Shown here piece after piece: positions 27,381 through 36,708 of a stretch of DNA of 51,874 nucleotides. This DNA comes from a virus. Its lineage: Duplodnaviria > Caudoviricetes. Location: positions 1 through 51,874 of IMG/VR virus record IMGVR_UViG_3300032373_001207. The stretch is one strand, 5' to 3'. Made by a program: the position numbers and the translations under genes. Within the stretch, counting starts at the first letter, position 1. Each line of letters opens with the position of its first letter. Under the pieces are notes generated by a model. It was not told the DNA's origin. It was given only the letters and a program-made list of their open reading frames with translations, and searched no databases.

Positions 27381-28094
27381 ATGAAACGCATTAAATTCCA
27401 ACTGTACGCGGGTATCGGCGGTTTCCCGCGCGGTGCAATGATCAGTGCCGTAGGCGGCCTGGTTATGGTTGCCACCGCGGGCGGCTCGGCGAAAGCTACC
27501 CTCTACAACGCTGACGGAACCAGCCTGGCCAACCCGGTCACGCTGACTTCCGGTGGCGCTGAGATTTACGTTGCCGACAGTATCGACACCGTTGATCTCT
27601 ACATCATGGCTCCAGGCGGCCAGTTCGTGTCCAAGGCCGGTGTTGCACCGGGCGCGGATCCGGACATCGCTGTGGATACCACCAACCGTAACCAAGTGGC
27701 GGTTATTCCGTTCTCCGTTACGGATCAGGCGGGTGATGCAACGGAAACCAGCACCGGGTTCATCGAACCTGCAAACGCTATGTTCCTGCCCAACGCATCC
27801 GTTCGTGTGACAACCATCGACGCCACTGAAACCGTTGACGTTGGCACTCTCGCCGGCGATCCCAACGGATTCATCGCAGCGGCTGCTGTTGGTGTTCTAG
27901 GTGTTATCAAAGGAACGTTGGCCAATGGTGCCGCCACCTTGGGTGCTCTCTTATTTGTTCAAGATAGCATCACTGCGGGCGATGCCGCTCCTGAGGCTCA
28001 TGTCTCTACGGGCTTGGCCATTACCTACACGCTGACGACCGGTGCAGACACCGCCGAAGGCTTTATCGTCCTGCCGTACATTCTGACGGCGTAA
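27381..28094 (+). CDS. Putative capsid decoration/minor virion protein
   Basis: Ala/Gly/Thr-rich beta-type sequence directly after the capsid gene. Confidence 0.6.
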   Translation: MKRIKFQLYAGIGGFPRGAMISAVGGLVMVATAGGSAKATLYNADGTSLANPVTLTSGGAEIYVADSIDTVDLYIMAPGGQFVSKAGVAPGADPDIAVDTTNRNQVAVIPFSVTDQAGDATETSTGFIEPANAMFLPNASVRVTTIDATETVDVGTLAGDPNGFIAAAAVGVLGVIKGTLANGAATLGALLFVQDSITAGDAAPEAHVSTGLAITYTLTTGADTAEGFIVLPYILTA

Positions 28095-28104
28095 GGAGCA
28101 GGTC

Positions 28105-28124
28105 TGGGGGGCTTCGGCCCCCCA
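28105..28124 (+). terminator. Strong UUCG hairpin after capsid genes (terminator or stabiliser)
   Basis: TGGGGGGC-TTCG-GCCCCCCA; no adjacent U tract. Confidence 0.55.
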
Positions 28125-28174
28125 TGCCACCTATTTGTTTGGGCATTTTACCCCCGTGAATTGAGGAGAAAACC

Positions 28175-28729
28175 ATGAACGAGAATACCCAAGAGTTTGC
28201 CACCGTGCGCCAGACCAGCCTGCCAATTGACGGTAAGGCTACGCATGAAGCCCGCAGTGGTAAGGCCTATGAACTATCCAGAGACGAGCCATCCTTTATG
28301 CCTCTGGAAGATGCTTATTCTTTCCTCGTAGATAGTGCCTTCGAAGTGCGTTCGGCTGAGCGTAAGAAGAACGAAGACCACGATCCCAATGATCCTGATT
28401 CGAAAGCCTACATCATCACCGAAGGCGACATCATCACACCGGTATCAAACAAGAAAGTTGATGGCGGGCGTGTCGAACTGGACGAAGACGAAGTCGTCGC
28501 CAAGCTGAACGAACTGACGCAGGACGCGATCCTGAAACGCTGCAAGCGCCTCAGTGGGTCGGAAAGCCTGAAGAAGTCGACCAAGAAGGTTGATCTGATT
28601 ACCTTCCTGATCGAAAACAAACCAAAGGCTACATATGGGCAAGGGCGCGGCTCTGAAAACGCTCCGTCAGAAATGGACGGCGCAGAGTTGAACAATCTTC
28701 TCGATATGTCGGACAATCTCCCAACATGA
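28175..28729 (+). CDS. Hypothetical protein
   Basis: GAGGAG RBS. Confidence 0.75.
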   Translation: MNENTQEFATVRQTSLPIDGKATHEARSGKAYELSRDEPSFMPLEDAYSFLVDSAFEVRSAERKKNEDHDPNDPDSKAYIITEGDIITPVSNKKVDGGRVELDEDEVVAKLNELTQDAILKRCKRLSGSESLKKSTKKVDLITFLIENKPKATYGQGRGSENAPSEMDGAELNNLLDMSDNLPT

Positions 28730-29076
28730 TGGAAGTCGATTTTATCGCCAAGGTTTGTCTTGAGGCCAACCGCGCCTATTGCCAGACCTTGGGCGACTTC
28801 TCTCAGCCCGCATGGGAAGACGCACCTGATGAACAGCGCGAAAGCATTGTTGATGGGGTGAAGTTCTTCCTGCGCAATCCAGCCGCGCCTGCATTTATGG
28901 CGCACGACAATTGGACCCGCAAGAAACTGGCCGATGGCTGGAAACACGGCGAGACCAAGGACCCTGTAGCGAAGACCCACCCGTGCATGCTCCCCTGGGA
29001 TGAACTGCCCGAAGAGCAAAAGCGGAAGGACCTTCTGTTCCACAACATCGTGTTTTCGATGACTTCGGAGATGTAA
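28726..29076 (+). CDS. Phage RyR-domain protein
   Basis: HDNWTRKKLADGWKHGETKDPVAKTHPCMLPWDELPEEQKRKD. Confidence 0.88.
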   Translation: MMEVDFIAKVCLEANRAYCQTLGDFSQPAWEDAPDEQRESIVDGVKFFLRNPAAPAFMAHDNWTRKKLADGWKHGETKDPVAKTHPCMLPWDELPEEQKRKDLLFHNIVFSMTSEM

Positions 29077-29080
29077 CCAG

Positions 29081-29797
29081 ATGTCCGGTCTGTTTTCAGC
29101 CAGCCAGATTTGTGAACGCGCCCTTCGAAAGATCGGCGCGTTTTCAATTAATGACAGCGCCGCAGACGGTGAAGAGCTGCAAGAAGCTGCGTTCTGGTTC
29201 GATATGATCCTCTCTGAGCTGGCAGAGACCGAGGCCTGCTTCTGGCTGCGTCCAGACACCATAAGCTCAGGCCTAACCGCTGCTCAGGCCTCTTATGTGC
29301 TTGCCACGTTGATGGGCACCAGCTACCCAAGCGACGGCCTCGTAAGTGTTGTGAGCATTCAGTATGACGATGGTTCCAATTCCCAAGAACTAACCCCCAT
29401 GCGCCGCAGCGAATACGAGGGCCTTTCACAAAAGGACACCTCCGGAACTCCTACTTTTTACTATCTCGACCGACTAACCGATGCAGCCGAGCAAACCCTA
29501 TATCTCTATCCCGTACCGGTAGTGGCAGGCAGCCTGGAGATGCTCGTGCAGGTCGAGACACCTGAGGTATCAAAAACACCAGACAACCGTGCTCACGGCC
29601 TTCGCCGGGGCTGGCAACGCTTTCTTATCACCAGTGTCGCCGCTGAAATCGGTGACGGTCCGGTGCGCAGGCTTCCGTCCTCTGAAGTGGACCGCTACCG
29701 CCGGGATGCTGAGATCGCATTTAAGAAATTATCTAAAGCCAATTCATCCAACACAGAGCGTACCGGTTCTCGGCGCGCAAAGCCCTGGGGAGCCTAA
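29081..29797 (+). CDS. Head-tail adaptor protein
   Basis: ICERALRKIGA; SGTPTFYYLDR...LYLYPVP; position. Confidence 0.7.
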   Translation: MSGLFSASQICERALRKIGAFSINDSAADGEELQEAAFWFDMILSELAETEACFWLRPDTISSGLTAAQASYVLATLMGTSYPSDGLVSVVSIQYDDGSNSQELTPMRRSEYEGLSQKDTSGTPTFYYLDRLTDAAEQTLYLYPVPVVAGSLEMLVQVETPEVSKTPDNRAHGLRRGWQRFLITSVAAEIGDGPVRRLPSSEVDRYRRDAEIAFKKLSKANSSNTERTGSRRAKPWGA

Positions 29798-29800
29798 TAG

Positions 29801-30940
29801 ATGCGCATTTGTGTTCACCAGTTCTCAATCGCCAATGAAGCCTATATCGGGGCGTCTGCATCCCTTTACACGGTGGATGGTAACGGGGCTCGGACAACCA
29901 CCTTGGCTACGCTGTATGATAGCACCACGGGCAGCGGAACACTGAGCAATCCACAAACCCTGGATAGCGAAGGGAAGTTTGCCCAGCCGGTCTATATCGA
30001 CGTGCCTGTGATCGCCGCACTTAGCGGCCTGGGCTTAACCGACCACGACACAGGCATCATCAACCTCATTCTCAGTTTTCGTCACGCATGGGCAACGACC
30101 ACCGTCTACGCTGTCAACGATGTTGTGTCTATTTCCGCGGCTGAAGATGCGGCGCTGTTAGGTTCTCTCTACATCTGTACGGCGCGCCACGCTGCCGGAG
30201 TATTTGCCACGGATCGCGACACCAACGGATATTGGGATCTGTTTATCGACGCTTCATCCGCAATGAAGTGGGCCAGCAACCCAGAAAATGTATTAGTCGA
30301 CGCAACAAAATATAGCGCCCTTCACTATGCGGCAAAGGCTCTTGCTGCCGCTGATGCGGCGGCGGCCAGCGCCGCTAGTTTCACGACCTTTTCTTATCAA
30401 GGTACATGGAACGCCACCACCAACACGCCCGCTATTCCTGCCGCCGCTGTGAGCAATGAGGGGCATTACTACATCGTCGCCACGGCGGGAACGACGAGTA
30501 TTGACGGCATAACGGATTGGCAGGTATCGGATTGGCTGGTGTCGAACGGAACGACCTGGGAGAAGATCGATAACTCGCTCCCGGCTTTGGTTCTGTTGTC
30601 CAATGCCGCCGCTGCGCTTACCGCAGGCTTCGGCATCACGGGTGCGATACTGACAGATGCGGCGACGGTGACGCCAAACTTCAACACCAACAATGCCTTT
30701 GATTGGACGCTTGCGGCTTCGCGCACGCTGGCGTTCCCCACCATCATCACCGGGCAGACCAAGGGCATGATGTACATCGACGCCACGGCTTCGGCTGGGG
30801 CGTGGACAGTGACGCTTGGCGCGGGCCTAACGGAGCAAGGTGGTGATGGCCTGACCATCCCCAGCGGGGCGACCTTTCGTATCTGGATCGTCCTAAAAAC
30901 TGGCGCGGTGGGGCATGTCTATACGGAGCAATTGTTATGA
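29801..30940 (+). CDS. Tail fibre/spike protein with N-terminal virion anchor
   Basis: LSNPQTLDSEGKFAQPVY; YQGTWNATTNTP; DWQVSDWLVSNGTTWEKIDN. Confidence 0.7.
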   Translation: MRICVHQFSIANEAYIGASASLYTVDGNGARTTTLATLYDSTTGSGTLSNPQTLDSEGKFAQPVYIDVPVIAALSGLGLTDHDTGIINLILSFRHAWATTTVYAVNDVVSISAAEDAALLGSLYICTARHAAGVFATDRDTNGYWDLFIDASSAMKWASNPENVLVDATKYSALHYAAKALAAADAAAASAASFTTFSYQGTWNATTNTPAIPAAAVSNEGHYYIVATAGTTSIDGITDWQVSDWLVSNGTTWEKIDNSLPALVLLSNAAAALTAGFGITGAILTDAATVTPNFNTNNAFDWTLAASRTLAFPTIITGQTKGMMYIDATASAGAWTVTLGAGLTEQGGDGLTIPSGATFRIWIVLKTGAVGHVYTEQLL

Positions 30941-32517
30941 TCCCGATGATGTTCCCGGTTGGCATTTTGGCGCGCTACAACATCAACAATGCCGTCTTGT
31001 TCAGCGTGGGTAGTTTTCTCTCACGCACACCAGCCGCGTCTAATCGCAAAACATGGACGTATTCATGGTGGGAAAAAAGAGCCGTAACAGGGAAGCAACA
31101 AGACAGGTTGTCCGCATACGGATCAAACGACGATAACGGATACTTTTCCGTGATCGTTTCCCCTACTGATCAATACGCTTGTGGCAATTACACAGGCGGG
31201 GTTACGGTAAGCGAGGTTGCTGTTAAGCGCGACCCTGCGGCTTGGTCACACCATGTATTCGTCCACGATACGACACAGGCCATAGGCGCGAATCGTTACA
31301 AGTTTTACGTGGACGACGTTCTCCAGGCCCACTCATCAACCATATACGGGACGCAAAACTTCGACGGAGCCATCAATAGCGCGATAGCGCATTACATTGG
31401 GCGCAATGGTTTAGTGCCGACGACCTATGACGCCGAGGACTATCTCGCGGATATTCAGTTCATCGACGGTCTAGCCCTAACACCCGCCGACTTTGGTGAA
31501 ATATCCACAGTCACGGGCAATTGGATCGCCAAGAGATACCTCGGGACTTATCCCGCTAATTCCTTTTACCTAGACTTTTCTAACCCTGCTGCGCTAGGCA
31601 CCGACGCTTCGGGTAACGGCAACGATTGGACCGTTAACGGCACAGGCCTTGTGCAAGTCACGAGTACGCCGACAAATGTTGCGGCAACGTGGAACCCTCT
31701 AGATAACGCCCCCGGTGCAAGTGTTCATGTCATGTCGAACGGTAATCGTGATGTGACGTTAAGCGGAACTGGTGCCGGGTACACAAGGGCCACCTTATAC
31801 ATTCCCTCTGAGGGGAAATGGGTGTGGATGATTAAGGTGCTAACCACAGGCGCGTATTTCATAATGGGCATGAAAAACAAAGACGCCACGATAACCCCGC
31901 CAGTCGATAACTCAAACGATGCCATTGTCTACCGCTCCGACACGGGCCAGAAGGGTGACAATGGGGTCTGGTCGGCCTTTGGTGCGACGTGGGGTGCTGT
32001 GAATGATATTATTCGCGCTGAATTTGACGTGGCGGCGAACTCATTAGAGTTTTTCAAGAACAATGTATCGCAAGGGACGATGACCCCACCGACGGGTATC
32101 TCGTGGGTACCCTTCATAGATATTGCAGTTACAAACGGGGCTAAAGTTTCCACCGCATTTAATCCGGATGATTTTTTTGAAGCGCCCTCGACAGACTTCT
32201 TAGCCCTCACCACCGATAACCTCCCCACACGCTCCCCAAAAACACCGACCACTCCACAGACGGGCAGCTTCACAGGCAACGCAAATGCTGATGGTCCTTG
32301 CATCAACCTAGGCATGGCAATCGACCAGAGTGGCACGTCAACAATCAACGGCAACACAATCACATGGGGCACCCACGCGGATGCTTTGGCAATCGGTGTG
32401 AAACTACGCACCGCCCTGGCAACGTACAACGCCTCTGGGGCGAACACATACAGCTTTGCAGTCAAAGCCTACACGGGCGGCTCCAACGTGGATGAGGCTA
32501 ATGGACAAGCAAATTAA
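30937..32517 (+). CDS. LamG/concanavalin-like plus SPRY-like receptor-binding protein
   Basis: NRKTWTYSWW; RDPAAWSHHV; FIDGLALTPADFG; LGTDASGNGNDWT; FFKNNVSQG. Confidence 0.75.
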   Translation: MIPMMFPVGILARYNINNAVLFSVGSFLSRTPAASNRKTWTYSWWEKRAVTGKQQDRLSAYGSNDDNGYFSVIVSPTDQYACGNYTGGVTVSEVAVKRDPAAWSHHVFVHDTTQAIGANRYKFYVDDVLQAHSSTIYGTQNFDGAINSAIAHYIGRNGLVPTTYDAEDYLADIQFIDGLALTPADFGEISTVTGNWIAKRYLGTYPANSFYLDFSNPAALGTDASGNGNDWTVNGTGLVQVTSTPTNVAATWNPLDNAPGASVHVMSNGNRDVTLSGTGAGYTRATLYIPSEGKWVWMIKVLTTGAYFIMGMKNKDATITPPVDNSNDAIVYRSDTGQKGDNGVWSAFGATWGAVNDIIRAEFDVAANSLEFFKNNVSQGTMTPPTGISWVPFIDIAVTNGAKVSTAFNPDDFFEAPSTDFLALTTDNLPTRSPKTPTTPQTGSFTGNANADGPCINLGMAIDQSGTSTINGNTITWGTHADALAIGVKLRTALATYNASGANTYSFAVKAYTGGSNVDEANGQAN

Positions 32518-32550
32518 GCCCACCGGGGCCAGCAACGCCGACGAAGCAAC

Positions 32551-32575
32551 GGGACGCTAGAGAGCGTCCTTTTTT
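32551..32575 (+). terminator. Intrinsic terminator
   Basis: GGGACGCT-AGAG-AGCGTCCT-TTTTT. Confidence 0.8.
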
Positions 32576-32597
32576 AATGCAATAAGGGGGACATCAA

Positions 32598-34487
32598 ATG
32601 CCCGTGGTAAATGTCGGAATTTTTGATATTTGGCAGAAGGGATTTGCCGCGGCGTCGGTTACTGTGTTTCAGGCCGGCACGACGACAAAGGCGAGCCTTT
32701 TTACCGATGAAGCGCTTACTGTCGCCGCAAGCAACCCCCAGCTTCTTGAGACCAAAACAATCAGCGGCCAAACCTATGGCAAGTTTGCGGCTCCTCTCTA
32801 CACGGCCAATGCGTTCTACCTTGATGTGAACAGCACGGACCAGACTGGCGTGATCCGCCCGCCGTTGACGTCACTTGACGCGCTGGACGCAAGTTTAGCC
32901 CTGGTAACGGCAACAGGTGGGTCTCAGGCCCGTGCCTTAAATGACATTGTGGCCCGTGTCGTTCACGTTGAAGACCACGGTGTGTTTCTGGCGACCAGCG
33001 ACCCGAGCGCGTCCTCGAGCACCAACAACGCCACCTTGACCATCGCCATCGGCGTGGCAGCGTCCAACGGCGGCGGTGACGTCATCATTCCACCCGGGAC
33101 ATTTGAATTCACGTCGGTGACGCTATCTGGTGGGGTGCGTTTAGTTGGGCATGGCCATAGCGCCACGACCTTGCAATCTCAGACAGCCGCCAACGTCATC
33201 ACCATCGGTGGAGACGAAGCTGGCCTCTCGCAGATCACCATTGATGGCGTGAACCTTCAGGTTGGTTCCGTTGGTCTATATGCCAAGGCCCAGAACGAAA
33301 TTCGCATTCATCAGGCAACCATCAAGCGTTTCGAGATCGGCGTTCATATGCAGGGTGGACGCAAGGCCGAATGGTATGACCTCTACATCTCAAACTGCAC
33401 CACGGGTGCCAAACTGCATGGAGATAACGATGCCAGTGGCGGCGCTGATGGAGACGAACTGCGCAACAACAGCTGGGTCGGCGGTGTGGTCGACCTGTGC
33501 ACCACCACGGGCGTTGAGCTGTCCTATGTGGACAAGAAGTGCTGGCACAATTCCATCACGGACGTTGGCTTCGAGAGCAACACCGGAGCAGCCCTCAATA
33601 TCAATGGGGCTCGCTTCACAAAACTCACCGAGTGCTGGTGGACGGGCAATACCACCAACGTCGCCGTGGCAGATGATAGCGATGTCACAGCCATTACAGA
33701 GAACACGGTCATCGGTCTGCACTTTTTTGGTGGGTCACTGAGTGGGGGAGCGGCAACGTTCACCGATACCTGCCAGGACGTGATCCTTGACGGTATGGAA
33801 ATCTCCGACGTCGACTTCACGTTGACTTTGCCGCAGAACAACATCGTGGCCCGTGATTGTGTTGAGAATTCCCTGGTGACAATTGCTGGGGACGGCACCA
33901 AGTGGACCCGACAGAGGACCATGAAGGGCGACCAACCTGGATCTTCCGGAGTAACGGCCGACGCCACGCCGACAAAGGCCTGGAGCGTTGACCTTGAGCC
34001 CGGACAAGTCGGTCATATCCGTGCGGAAATCATCGCTAACCAGCAAGACGGAGAAGGCTACGCCATTTATCACATCTCACGTCCCGTGCGCCGCCCAGGC
34101 AGCACGCTGGCCTATGATGCTCAAACGGCCAACTTTACCTTAGGCGAAACGCTGACGGGCAGCACCAGCGGCGCTACGGCGCGCATTGTCGCGGATGCTG
34201 ACGGTGGAGCGACGGGAACGTTAACGCTGCGGGACATCGTCGGGACGTTCGAGAACAACGAAGAAGTAACGGACGCGCTCGGTGGGTCGGCTTTGGTGAA
34301 CGGCACCTTGACCCCGGTTAATGCCGCATTGCTTGGGGCAACGGCCAGCCCTACCGCCGCAGTAGAATCGGCGATTGGGTTGGCGGCTGACTTCGCCGCA
34401 AGCGGTACCGAAATTGAAATCCAGGTCACAGGTGAAGCCGCCAAGACCTATGAGTGGATTGTCCACGCAGAGACGGTGCTGGATTAA
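32598..34487 (+). CDS. Tailspike with pectate-lyase-like beta-helix
   Basis: VVHVEDHG...GGGDVIIPPGTF...GVRLVGHG; repetitive beta-helix sequence. Confidence 0.78.
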   Translation: MPVVNVGIFDIWQKGFAAASVTVFQAGTTTKASLFTDEALTVAASNPQLLETKTISGQTYGKFAAPLYTANAFYLDVNSTDQTGVIRPPLTSLDALDASLALVTATGGSQARALNDIVARVVHVEDHGVFLATSDPSASSSTNNATLTIAIGVAASNGGGDVIIPPGTFEFTSVTLSGGVRLVGHGHSATTLQSQTAANVITIGGDEAGLSQITIDGVNLQVGSVGLYAKAQNEIRIHQATIKRFEIGVHMQGGRKAEWYDLYISNCTTGAKLHGDNDASGGADGDELRNNSWVGGVVDLCTTTGVELSYVDKKCWHNSITDVGFESNTGAALNINGARFTKLTECWWTGNTTNVAVADDSDVTAITENTVIGLHFFGGSLSGGAATFTDTCQDVILDGMEISDVDFTLTLPQNNIVARDCVENSLVTIAGDGTKWTRQRTMKGDQPGSSGVTADATPTKAWSVDLEPGQVGHIRAEIIANQQDGEGYAIYHISRPVRRPGSTLAYDAQTANFTLGETLTGSTSGATARIVADADGGATGTLTLRDIVGTFENNEEVTDALGGSALVNGTLTPVNAALLGATASPTAAVESAIGLAADFAASGTEIEIQVTGEAAKTYEWIVHAETVLD

Positions 34488-35887
34488 TGGGTAGCGCCTG
34501 GAAAGACATCCCCATAAATTCCAAGCTGTTTCAGAACATTCCTGAAACGATTTTGACCAACAGCAATGCGGCCCTGGAGAATTGCTTTCAGGCTGAGAAC
34601 GGGGCCCATGTGCGGTTTCCGGGGCTGAAGGACTTCAGCGCGCTTTCAGGAACTGCGCCGACGTATCTGCACGAATGGAAGGGTGACCTCGTCGCCGTCA
34701 CCAATGGCAACGTCTATCGTGTGGACCAGTCCGGAACCGCAAACAATGTCACCGGCGTTCCGGTCAGTGGTGGGAACCACCCGACATTCTCGCGCACCGA
34801 AGACGAACTCTTGATGGCGGCCGGCGGGCCAATTATTCGTTTAGCGGGGACAGAGACTGAAGTGCTTTCCGATGATGCGCCGGACTCTACCCACATTGGC
34901 TATGTGGATGGCTATGTGGTGGCGGTCGAACCACACAGCGGTCGCTTCTATCATGCGCAAGCAGGGACGCCACGGATATGGGACCCGCTTGATGTCTTCG
35001 CCGCCGAGAGCAAACCGGATAATGTCAATTCGTTGGCGGTCACCCCGCGCCGTGAGCTCCTGATTTGTGGCATCGACAGCATTGAACAATACGAACGGCT
35101 CCCGTCAGGAACGACACCATTCTTCCGGCGCTGGGCGGTCGGTGAGGGGGTATTTGCACCCTATACGTTGGTGACCGCCGACAATGGGGCGTGGGTAATC
35201 AATAAACAAAAGGAATTCGTTCGTTTCGCCGGGCAGGTCTCAAACGTCACCAGCGATTTCATCAACCTGTCCTTGGAAGGCATTGATGATTGGACGGACA
35301 CCTGGTCATCGTTGTTCCACACCCAAGGTCAGAAGTTTATCATTCTGCAAATGCCCAACGCCACCAACACGTACGGTACCAAGGGGGTGACCTGCCTGTT
35401 CGATTATCGCCAGCACCGATGGTTCAACCTTTTTGGCTGGGATGATGATGCTGGCCTTCCGGCCCGTTGGCCCGGGTGGTCCTATTACCGCATGTGGGGG
35501 CGTGAATTTGTCGGCGGGAACGGCAAAATCCTAGAACTCGACAGAGGTACGCACAGCAATGACGGTCAGATCCAGCGCATGCTTGGACGCACCGGCCACC
35601 TCGATAAGTGGGGAGAAGCGCGTGTCGATAATCTACGCATGCGCATCCGCCGCGGCGTGGTGGGATCAAACGACACAGAGTCCGTGATTTCAATCCGCGC
35701 AATCCGCGATAACGGCAAACCGACCCGTTGGAAGTCAAAGGGCCTCGGCAAGGCTGGCAATCGGGTCATGAATATTGAGTTTGGTGGCTTCGGATGTGCC
35801 CATGCGTGGCAGTTCGAATACTTCGTAACTGATGCTTGTGATGTGGAGATGGTCTCCATGCAAGCACAATTGACGCGAATTGGTTAA
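34487..35887 (+). CDS. Tail nozzle/DNA stabilisation protein (P22 gp10-like)
   Basis: TAATG coupling; beta-propeller-like; FAAESKPDNV. Confidence 0.72.
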   Translation: MGSAWKDIPINSKLFQNIPETILTNSNAALENCFQAENGAHVRFPGLKDFSALSGTAPTYLHEWKGDLVAVTNGNVYRVDQSGTANNVTGVPVSGGNHPTFSRTEDELLMAAGGPIIRLAGTETEVLSDDAPDSTHIGYVDGYVVAVEPHSGRFYHAQAGTPRIWDPLDVFAAESKPDNVNSLAVTPRRELLICGIDSIEQYERLPSGTTPFFRRWAVGEGVFAPYTLVTADNGAWVINKQKEFVRFAGQVSNVTSDFINLSLEGIDDWTDTWSSLFHTQGQKFIILQMPNATNTYGTKGVTCLFDYRQHRWFNLFGWDDDAGLPARWPGWSYYRMWGREFVGGNGKILELDRGTHSNDGQIQRMLGRTGHLDKWGEARVDNLRMRIRRGVVGSNDTESVISIRAIRDNGKPTRWKSKGLGKAGNRVMNIEFGGFGCAHAWQFEYFVTDACDVEMVSMQAQLTRIG

Positions 35888-35890
35888 GAG

Positions 35891-36394
35891 ATGACCGGAC
35901 AAGCGCCGCCGCCCCCACCAAACATACCAAACGGGCAGACGGATGAGGGCACCGTTCGGGCACTGGTAGAATGGTTATGGGCTTTTTACAAAGCGGTGAT
36001 CTTAGAAAGCTATTTGGCTACAACCGCCTCGTTGACCAGTCTGCAAGACATTGTTGACCCTGCAAGCGCCACGGCAGCTACAGCGCAGACAACTGCCAAT
36101 ACGGCCCTAACATTAGCCACTTCAAACGATACGAGGCTGGACTCCATCAAGGCCGGCAGCGTGACCATGGCAGATGCAGCCACGACGGGGGACTTCACCT
36201 TCGCCGTAGCTTTTGATGACACCAGCTATTTCGTGACGGCTTCACCATCCGCGAAGATAGGAACACCAGCCGCAGGCTCTCAGAACGTAGATGCGTTTAC
36301 CAAGGCCGTAGATAAAGTCACCGTCACCCTGCAAGCCGCTCCTGGAGCGGGCAACAGTGTGACCTTTGATGTCATGGCCATACGGCCACAGTAG
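35891..36394 (+). CDS. Putative tail needle/minor tail protein
   Basis: Follows nozzle; Ala/Thr coil plus C-terminal beta domain. Confidence 0.5.
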   Translation: MTGQAPPPPPNIPNGQTDEGTVRALVEWLWAFYKAVILESYLATTASLTSLQDIVDPASATAATAQTTANTALTLATSNDTRLDSIKAGSVTMADAATTGDFTFAVAFDDTSYFVTASPSAKIGTPAAGSQNVDAFTKAVDKVTVTLQAAPGAGNSVTFDVMAIRPQ

Positions 36395-36405
36395 GAGACC
36401 ACCAC

Positions 36406-36705
36406 ATGCAAACTCAGTTCAAAGAAGGCTTGGCGGCATTAAGTCCTGAAGAAATAAAGCTTCTGGACGAGGTGATCGACAACAACCCACAGTTTTACGC
36501 CATCGTGCAAAAGGCATGGCCGTTCATTGCGGAAGTCTTCCTTCCATTTGTTGAGAACGACAACGATGGAGACGCCGACGACGTTGACCCCAATGAACAA
36601 GGTGGCGAGCCTATCGGTGAAGCTCCAGACCAAAAACCACCACAGCAGCCACAGCAAATGATGGGCCCGCGAAGCGCTCTCGCAGGACCGCAGTTTCGGA
36701 GATAA
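36406..36705 (+). CDS. Hypothetical protein
   Basis: AGGAG RBS. Confidence 0.7.
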   Translation: MQTQFKEGLAALSPEEIKLLDEVIDNNPQFYAIVQKAWPFIAEVFLPFVENDNDGDADDVDPNEQGGEPIGEAPDQKPPQQPQQMMGPRSALAGPQFRR

Positions 36706-36708
36706 GCC

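Noticed and set aside
24869-29262. Long minus-strand ORFs over the head genes (24869..25663, 26378..27142, 28408..29262)
   Set aside because: Shadows of scaffold, capsid and neighbouring genes; no recognisable motifs
29801-34487. Diversity-generating retroelement or invertible tail-fibre cassette
   Set aside because: No reverse transcriptase, invertase or template/variable repeat pair seen
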